Below are positions 51,501-64,000 of a DNA stretch of 64,000 nucleotides, piece by piece (the stretch's first letter is position 1; each line of letters begins with the position of its first letter). The notes beneath the pieces were generated by a model. It had not been told where the DNA came from, searched no databases, and saw only the letters and a list, made by a program, of their open reading frames with translations. The position numbers were made by a program, and so were the translations under genes. Source of the stretch: Phoronis australis (taxonomy: Eukaryota; Animalia; Phoronida); the NCBI GenBank assembly GCA_002633005.1, contig NMRA01000307.1:334208-398207 (forward strand), given 5' to 3'.

Positions 51501-52578
51501 AAGTACCCTTTATTGGGAGACTGCCAAAATCATTACCTTTGTTTCCTTATAGTGCTTAAGAGCATGTTCTTCATTGTAACGGCCACACGCAACGTTGGCG
51601 CAACTCAAACACGCCTGCAAGAACAAGGAAAAAATAAGCCCTAGACTTTAAGAAAAGAAATCTCGCATGGATTTGATTTCTGTGTTCTACCAGTGGTCCC
51701 GACGGCTCAGTGGACTAGAGTGTCTGCACGGTTAGCAGAAGGTCCCAGGTTCGAGTCCCAATCAGGGCTGAAATCTTTTCAGATTTATATTCATTATGTC
51801 ATGTGATGCGACCAACATGTGGCATGCAGACCAGACTTAAAAATGTTTGAGATATGTAATTAGTTATTAACATAATACTCAAGTTAACTTTTATATATAG
51901 CACTCAAGGTGCTTAAATTTGAAATCACTGGATTGATTAAGAACCACACATAAGCAACTGATAACTGAATTGGCAATCATGCCAAAATTCCATTTTTCCA
52001 GTTTTTCAAATGCCGATTGTTAAAACACTCGTCCACTTCGAATTGCTCGACTGTGATAATAGCTGGTTGGTAAAAACCATGCTAATGATGAATTTTTTTC
52101 ATCTTTCATGTTTGTTAAGAAACGTGATCAAATGAGATTCTGCATATCCAGCACAATGTGCACAAAATTAAAGAGAGCTTGTAGTAGCCATACATACACA
52201 GTATCATGTATGGTGCAGTATCATGAATACATGTATGGTGCAGTATCATGAATACATGTATGGTGCAGTATCATGAATACATGTATGGTGCAGTATCATG
52301 AATACATGTATGGTGCAGTATCATGAATACATGTATGGTGCAGTGTCATGAATACATTCTACAGCACCATCCTCAACACCACATATGGCATAAAATCACT
52401 TCAAAACACCACAAACATATTGTACTATCATAATGTTACTTTACAATACCACGCACAAAGTACCACTTACCCACACACTTTCTGTAGTGCCACATATTGT
52501 ACAATGCCACTTTTGTGGATTGAGGATGGAGTGATCTGTTGCAACTTTAACTTTTGAAACGTGTCTACAGTTGTCCAT
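12557..52578 (-). CDS. USP44/USP49: Ubiquitin carboxyl-terminal hydrolase 44/49-like (ZnF-UBP + peptidase C19), 15 coding exons, 645 aa
   Basis: Exons (minus strand): 52578-52471, 51614-51537, 49398-49358, 48817-48662, 47922-47866, 46978-46912, 46437-46298, 45224-45107, 41565-41462, 25066-24917, 24171-24048, 19209-19083, 16751-16574, 14553-14360, 12852-12557. All introns are GT-AG with consistent phases; total 1938 nt. Motifs: N-terminus [46 protein letters not shown] (USP44/49 ZnF-UBP); Cys box [21 protein letters not shown]; [31 protein letters not shown]; [14 protein letters not shown]; LHLKRFRWSGR; His box [20 protein letters not shown]; WTHCND..AYILVY. Confidence 0.95.
12855..13150. repeat. 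Degenerate ~55-60 bp tandem repeat abutting the last USP splice acceptor
   Basis: Repeated acacaaaacagggtt...acattgcactgggctcaagagatcagtgg units (~5). The first unit supplies the acceptor pyrimidine tract. Confidence 0.8.
15560..16315. mobile_element. Degenerate copy of the Helentron/HINE-like repeat family (ccactag + aaatttcatga internal units)
   Basis: Same recurring aaattgccactag and ccaattttcatgaaaa motifs as the 20891-21989 copy. Confidence 0.5.
18590..18680. repeat. Minisatellite, ~21 bp unit (aaatattcccctcaccaggtcc), ~4 copies
   Basis: Directly visible. Confidence 0.85.
18876..19037. repeat. Minisatellite, 18 bp unit (accatcaccaggtcagcc), ~9 copies
   Basis: Directly visible; produces the repetitive ORFs in the track (PGQPPS, DLVMVA, ITRSAT). 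Confidence 0.95.
19992..20093. repeat. Short palindromic MITE/hairpin
   Basis: ttaattcaccaccaggtgtgccctctgtcattgt pairs with acagtgacagagggtgcacccggtggtgaattaa. Confidence 0.8.
20891..21989. mobile_element. Helentron-associated non-autonomous element (HINE-like)
   Basis: Starts AACAAGAG, ends ...atgtgggcgcataaaaa, has a gacggacgcccagacag microsatellite remnant near the end, and ~130-150 bp degenerate internal units (ccactag motif near 21120, 21245, 21385, 21515, 21667, 21815). This architecture is typical of invertebrate Helentron-N elements. Confidence 0.6.
22090..22400 (+). mobile_element. Decayed transposon-protein fragment (resembles N-terminal region of Sola-type transposases)
   Basis: [10 protein letters not shown]....ICNVHQRDL, then after a frameshift GPSFHPSRK. 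This resembles an ELILARAG..ICPxHRxxLG motif recalled from invertebrate transposons; not verified. Confidence 0.3.
22513..22694. mobile_element. Short MITE (CAGTGGCGTAGC-type termini, degenerate)
   Basis: caatggcgtagccagc.../...ccttgctacagcag with GC-rich interior. Confidence 0.4.
25493..25976. mobile_element. PIF/Harbinger-like MITE
   Basis: TIR gggcctttcatact / aataagaaagggcct, flanked by TTA on both sides (3-bp TSD); internal gttaac and tatgaac repeats. Confidence 0.7.
27321..28585 (+). CDS. Nested gene A: secreted coiled-coil + CASPR/neurexin-IV-type fibrinogen-like domain protein, 294 aa (exons 27321-27597, 27978-28585)
   Basis: Donor GAAG|GTAAGA, acceptor tttctttacag|TT, phase 1. Signal-like segment [11 protein letters not shown] and heptad [21 protein letters not shown]. 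Domain motifs [66 protein letters not shown] match the CNTNAP fibrinogen-like domain. AATAAA at 28707. Confidence 0.9.
28866..29733. mobile_element. Mutator/MULE-like non-autonomous element with 9-bp TSD
   Basis: TIR ggattcttctgaaacctcctcgacc / ggtcgagggggtttcagaaccatcc; caatgaaag duplicated at 28857-28865 and 29734-29742; subterminal tcgacc/ggtcga arrays. Confidence 0.75.
29952..31128. other. Near-identical ~400 bp duplication across the n at 30726 (probable haplotype duplication)
   Basis: 29952-30351 recurs at 30727-31128 with scattered SNPs. The second copy starts immediately after the n. Confidence 0.75.
31663..31670 (+). promoter_or_regulatory. TATA box of nested gene B
   Basis: TATAAAAG 44 nt upstream of the ATG at 31707. 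Confidence 0.6.
31707..38550 (+). CDS. Nested gene B: paralog of gene A, 297 aa (exons 31707-31992, 37943-38550; duplicate partial exon 2 at 36497-37024)
   Basis: Exon 1 [47 protein letters not shown] aligns with gene A exon 1. Donor GAAG|GTATGT, acceptor ttcatttgcag|TA, same phase 1 and same 608-nt exon 2 length. Full CASPR fibrinogen-like domain ending LGPLICY*. Confidence 0.88.
32757..32920. repeat. Minisatellite, 33 bp unit (gatcggccaagtgacaagtaaacaaatcgccgt), ~5 copies
   Basis: Directly visible. Confidence 0.9.
33008..33200. repeat. Minisatellite, 27 bp unit (aatcaactttcaaaatacacacactag), ~7 copies
   Basis: Directly visible; nearly perfect copies. Confidence 0.95.
34480..35206. mobile_element. 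Degenerate non-autonomous DNA transposon (Academ-like TAGTC terminus)
   Basis: Ends in cccatgggtggctactagacta; a matching cccatggg motif lies near the left end. Confidence 0.3.
35574..38470. other. ~1.45 kb direct duplication across the n at 37025 (probable allelic haplotypes)
   Basis: 35574-37024 recurs at 37026-38470. The encoded peptide is identical, differences are silent or intronic, and the first copy is cut exactly at the n. Confidence 0.8.
39405..40490 (+). mobile_element. Decayed Penelope-like retroelement (RT + GIY-YIG)
   Basis: [19 protein letters not shown] (RT AMGSP motif), YVDD-like motifs at about 39550-39635, [13 protein letters not shown] and a [11 protein letters not shown] terminal motif. 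Many stops and frameshifts. Confidence 0.75.
40620..41205. mobile_element. Degenerate copy of the Helentron/HINE-like family
   Basis: aaattgccactagagagcacagc, aaatttcataaaaat and gccactaggggcacagc motifs shared with 20891-21989. Confidence 0.5.
42178..42975 (-). mobile_element. Penelope-like element 3' fragment (GIY-YIG endonuclease) with inverted pseudo-LTR
   Basis: [36 protein letters not shown] and [14 protein letters not shown] motifs. 42178-42280 is the reverse complement of about 42873-42975. Confidence 0.88.
43697..44837. mobile_element. Non-autonomous TIR element, copy 1 (GGGCTGTTCCA termini)
   Basis: gggctgttccagcaaaatctgtatgagagg / cctcccatacagattttgatggaatagccct; the body matches the reverse complement of 50067-50908. 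Confidence 0.85.
45229..45463. repeat. Minisatellite, 38 bp unit (aaattaaagggtagatgtgaacagctaatgacacagct), ~6 copies, abutting the USP exon 8 acceptor
   Basis: Directly visible; begins within 5 nt of the exon boundary at 45224. Confidence 0.95.
46423..46533. repeat. 56-bp tandem duplication spanning the USP exon 7 splice acceptor
   Basis: ttttggcacagagacctagtg(g/a)atggac..tgtcatcaatgataagatag starts at 46423 and again at 46479. Confidence 0.9.
49440..51080. mobile_element. Helentron/HINE-like copy interrupted by a younger TIR element
   Basis: ccaaatttcatgaaaa and gagcacagc motifs plus a ggacgcacagacagag tail; the sequence resumes after 50908. Confidence 0.5.
50067..50908. mobile_element. 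Non-autonomous TIR element, copy 2 (inverted relative to copy 1), 4-bp TSD tgtc
   Basis: agggctgttccagtaaaatctgtgtgggagggggg / ccccccctcccacacagattttgctggaacagccct; tgtc at 50063-50066 and 50909-50912. Confidence 0.88.
51696..51769 (+). pseudogene. tRNA-derived sequence (SINE head or tRNA pseudogene)
   Basis: A box ggctcagtgg, B box ggttcgagtcc, acceptor stem gtcccga/tcagggc, anticodon stem tctgc/gcaga. The loop acggtta lacks U33 and R37, so it is non-canonical. Confidence 0.75.
52200..52356. repeat. Minisatellite, 25 bp unit (tggtgcagtatcatgaatacatgta), ~6 copies
   Basis: Directly visible. Confidence 0.95.
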
Positions 52579-54149
52579 GGTAAGACATCACTGAAAATTA
52601 AACATATCCATGATGGACAAGAGACAACACAAACCATCAAACAACATTAAATCTTGATAATCAATAATCTGCCCTTTAAACGCAGTTTGTACCTCAGAAA
52701 TAAAACCTCCACAATCAGTAGAAGGACTGTCTCTCAAATCTGCACAATTTCTCAGTCTTGCAGGTCAAATATCTGATTTTCGAAATAGCCGTGCCATACT
52801 GAAAATCACTATTCCACCAGATCCCATACACACGGGAGGTTTCAATCTACTGGATGTAAACTGCGTTAGAACACCTTTTCTGCTGGTGCCTACAAATTTC
52901 CACGACTGTGCGGCGAGATGTACTAATGCCTCATGAAAAAGGCAAACCTTTTGAAATATCAATGGATGAATAAGGACATTATGTTACATACATTTCCTAT
53001 TGTGAAGAAGAATCAGCGAGAAAGATGCTGGTTGCGCCTCATAAAGCAGCTTCAATCCTTATAGCCCATGTCAATACGCTAAAATAAATTAGTGTAACTA
53101 AAACTACGGTAGTTTGACTTTGGGATAGTTCAGATGTGAATTCACAATCATCTTCAGGTTTGAGATGTTTTCTGACAAGTATTACACGATACCAGCATTA
53201 CATGACGCCTGTCCCGACCTATTCTGTTTACGAAGCATTGTCTAACACAAAAAATCAGTCCATTCCCAACACATATTTGGTAGCAGAATTGCCGTACATG
53301 TCCCCATGATTGGTCACAGACCAAACAACGACGAAAACCACATTTTCCCAGATATCTTGATAATGGCAATATAGGTTCTTCCAAATGATAAAGAGCAGTT
53401 TTTATGTTTTGATCAGGAATGTGGTCCGCTATATGTCACAAGATCACAAATTTGTCGAAGGAATTTAATCGCAAATCCCGACGATTTTACAACAGAAATA
53501 CAATAAATGTACAGAAAAATGAAAAAAGTAGAAGTCTGTTAAAGAGTATGATCTCAGTATCAGTAGAAGAGTATGTAATAAAACTATTATCCTCCATCAG
53601 ACTAGTATTATCTTTGGACCGCGTTCTCGCACAGCGTCGCGCATTCAACGTTCCTAACCGAACAGAATGCCTTTCACTGCTAGCACATCAACAAAGTCCA
53701 TGCTTTAAAAAAACTGCAAATCTTGTGACTTGTGTATAAAAGTAATTCCTTCAACAAGTCCTTAGCTTGAGGGCTTTTTGACCAGCAGGCAAAAATGGAC
53801 TCTTCAGCTGTGTAATCAAAGACTAAGCACTAAGATCAAACTCAGCGCAGTCATATTTTTATCAAGTGTCTTATGGAGTCACAGACACTCTTATCACAAT
53901 ATCACTCACTCCACTCAGTTACAATGTCACTGTCAAGGCCTAAACTCTAAAGTGATACTGACTCAGTGTCGGACAGTGACTTTCGAAGTTTAGTGGTCGT
54001 GGATTTTCCAATTTTCACTGGGACACCAGGGCAGTCAATGAATTCATCACATTTTTAATGTTACATTCAGTCCATTGACATTTTGCTTTACAGAAATTCA
54101 AACGATAATTTAGTGAAGGGCCGCCAACAATGTAAACAACAGAAAAAAT

Positions 54150-54440
54150 CCTTACATAAAAATTTGCGACACCAAATGTTTGTTTTCTAACTGGGCAGCG
54201 CCATTTTAGGTCATTCCCATAATGCTGTGCGGTGCGAGAGTAAATATCGAACCAAATTTGTGCATTTTTAAATTAAGAAATCATTAATATTCTTAATTAC
54301 AAAGTTTCAACTTAAGAATTTATTTATAATACTCAGATGTTGTTTAGTAATAGTATTTAACTTATACTCGCTGAAAGAACCTGAACTAATCTGAAAGATA
54401 AACCGGAAGTTTCGTTCAAAAACACGAGCATCACGTAAGT
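54150..54440. promoter_or_regulatory. Putative bidirectional promoter with non-coding first exons of USP44/49-like (minus) and ZC3H11A-like (plus)
   Basis: Minus strand: AAAATGGCG (YY1-like) at about 54199-54207, then donor AT|GTAAGG at 54155. Plus strand: CCGGAAGT (ETS/GABP) at 54403-54410, then donor CAC|GTAAGT at 54435. Both first coding exons begin with acceptors (52590 minus; 56591 plus), so upstream exons are required. Confidence 0.6.
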
Positions 54441-54629
54441 AAAGATATTTTCGCATTACAATTCCACACAATACAACTCGCTGGAAGTCACAACGTTAAA
54501 CGTGTTCGGAATAATGTGATAGCGGACTGCATAGGCAAGTTCATATGACGTACTCTGCTCAATGATTAAACACTGAAAGTGATGTCTGGTCAAGTCGGCA
54601 AGTCGGTGAAAGTCAAAGGCAAAAGATTA

Positions 54630-55484
54630 GGCAATGACCATCGCCTCTGTTGGCCCCGACCAGAGGCGATGCAGCTCCTATAGGCGCTCCATCCGCCGGA
54701 AGCTTTTCGGCGAATTATGCCTCGCACCGACTAAAACATCAAAGTCACGTTGTTATAAATACCTTTTGCGCATAGAGGAACACCTTAGGAGGTTGTCGAT
54801 GTGTTAATTCCTTCCAACTCGAACAAATACTCCCGTTATTAAACTTTTTCTTCAAGCAGTCCCTATTTCAGTTCCCGAAATCGTGAACTCACCATATGAC
54901 CTCATTCTTTTAACCAGGCCGAAGGTCAGAAGTTGCGGTCTTACCGGCGAACTTTGAAAGCTGAAGTCCCCGCCCTCTGCGTACGTGCTGCCGGGAACCA
55001 GCCGTGCATTTTCGTGTTGTTAAAAATTAAAATGTCAAATATGGCAATGGTACCCAAAGACTACTAAACGTCATATCAACAGCATTTATTTTTATCAAAT
55101 ACAAACAATAATTCATTAAAATACAATCAGTTTCAAGTAACGCCAATTAAAGACAAGTAGTGGTGGCATTTTGAAAACGAACATTTGACTGACAAGACCG
55201 CAATGGCTCACCTTTGGCCTATTTAAAGATTGAGGTCATGAAGTCACATACCTAGCGAGCGTGGTAAAAATTGTAGTGTGCGCAGTATAAAAATGGTGAG
55301 TTCACGGTTTTGGGAACTGCAATAGGGACTGCTCAAAGAAAAGGTTTGATAACGGGAGTATTTGTTTGAGTTGGAAGGAATTAAAAACATCGAGGCATAA
55401 TTCGCCGAAAAGCTTCCAGCGTATGGAGCGCTTATAGGAGTTGCATCGCCTCTGGTCGAGCCAACAGAGGCGATGGTCATTGCC
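54630..55484. mobile_element. Fold-back element with ~300 bp inverted arms
   Basis: ggcaatgaccatcgcctctgttggc...gaactcaccat...gcggtctt (54630-54945) is the reverse complement of 55193-55484; flanks are TTA/TGA. Confidence 0.85.
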
Positions 55485-55923
55485 TGAAGCTGAGTAAGAG
55501 TAGACAGCGACCACTGTCACCAGCTGGCCCAGTAGAGACGGTGAAGCTCATATGCCCGAAGCTTTTCGTCGAATTATGGCTTACACTGATTAAAACATCA
55601 AAGTTGTGTTGTTATGTGTACCTTTTGTTTTGAACGCTAATAAAGGGTAGCCAGCAAGCTAGCTGTATGAAGACTGTCGTCAAAATACAGCTAGGTACCA
55701 CTGTGTGTAGACCCCGAAATTGCACACAGCCAGGGTAGTTCTGCTCGTCACCTTGTCATAAAACTTCTATCAACATGTAAAGCTAAAGACCGGACAGGGT
55801 TTATGCAAAATCTGGGAATCAACCACCACTCACCTTGCCCGTTACAGCCGTTAAGGTGAAAAACAATGCAATAAACGCCATTTTCTTGCGTAACTCTCCG
55901 CCTTTACTAACAATGAAAAGTTT

Positions 55924-56517
55924 GTCGTTTTGAAAACAATACGCTCGTGTCACGCGCACGCGCCATTTCTTAAAATTTTGCGACATCTCTCGGGAGATGA
56001 TGATAGCTTGGCAGCTGCAAAAATTTCTTCTGAAATTCGGTTTTTCGATATCAAAATTCTAAAAACTTATACTGAAGTGAAACCAGTTCCAATAATTTGT
56101 TGTGACGTTTACGCAACCTCGTAATTAGTGTCATTAAAAACTACACACTTATTTTAGTAAATATATTTATTTTCTGGTTTTGGAAAAATTGGCGTTGTAC
56201 CATTATTCTGTTGCTAAAGTTGTGGAGTGATGTTCTGCGTCGGCTTTTGGCGCCATGAAATTTTGCGTTTATTGGCCAGTTTCTTTTTTCGCCGATTCTT
56301 CAATCAGCTGTTGTTCTTTCTTGACGTTGCGTACTCATCACAACAAATTAGCCGAACTGGTTTCACTTCATTATAAGTTTTTCGAATTTTGATACCAAAA
56401 AACCGAATTTCAGAAGAAATTTTGCTGCTGCCAAGCTATCATCATCTCCCGAGAAATGTTGCAAAAATTTAGGAAATGGCGCGGCGCATGTCACGAGCGT
56501 ATTGCTTTAAAAGCGAC
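55924..56517. mobile_element. Fold-back element with ~165 bp inverted arms
   Basis: gtcgttttgaaaacaatacgctcgtg...tcgggagatgatgatagcttggcagc...gaagtgaaaccagttc is mirrored at 56353-56517. Confidence 0.85.
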
Positions 56518-56604
56518 GACATGGAGCAGGGTGTTTATTGTGAAAGTTACCTAGACATTCTATATGGTGCTTGTATTGGAATATTTTCAGGTCAAGTGAT
56601 TGTC

Positions 56605-63786
<7,182 letters not shown>

Positions 63787-64000
63787 GTATTCTTTCAGAT
63801 TAGTAGGTTAATCTTAATTGCCATAACTCAATTTTTGATAGCAATGTTACCTTTGATTACCAGAATTTACACAAGTCTTGACTTGAAAATTACATTATTG
63901 GTCAGTTTTTAGTAGTCTCGATGAAAATTTCCGTCTCTTACTATTATTTTAAATTGTTTGATTTAAAAGGGAACCTAACCATATGATTGTTGATGGTATT

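Noticed and set aside
51696-51769. Functional tRNA gene
   Set aside because: The anticodon loop lacks U33 and purine-37, and the acceptor and T stems have mismatches.
52700-53990. Short ORFs in USP intron 1
   Set aside because: No recognisable motifs or consistent splice structure.
54630-56517. ZBED6-like domesticated transposase in ZC3H11A intron 1
   Set aside because: No long ORF, BED finger or DDE motifs; only non-coding fold-back elements.

Overview
This is an AT-rich, intron-rich animal genomic window, probably from a marine invertebrate draft assembly (inferred); it contains single-n gaps. It is not prokaryotic, so most ORF-track entries are noise. Reading splice sites by eye gives: (1) a complete 15-coding-exon USP44/USP49-like deubiquitinase on the minus strand (52578->12557, 645 aa); (2) a head-to-head ZC3H11A-like CCCH zinc-finger gene on the plus strand (56605 onward, truncated by the window end), apparently sharing a bidirectional promoter at about 54150-54440; (3) two paralogous two-exon genes nested antisense in the 16.4-kb USP intron 9, each encoding signal peptide + coiled coil + a stand-alone CASPR/neurexin-IV fibrinogen-like domain; (4) a candidate orphan gene at 5-6 kb with an in-frame TGA in a CxxU-like context. 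The rest is dense in non-autonomous DNA transposons, fold-back elements, Penelope-like and LINE fragments, a tRNA-derived SINE head and minisatellites, several of which sit on splice acceptors. Two duplications that abut n characters look like haplotype assembly artefacts. No database searches were run; family assignments come from motif recognition.
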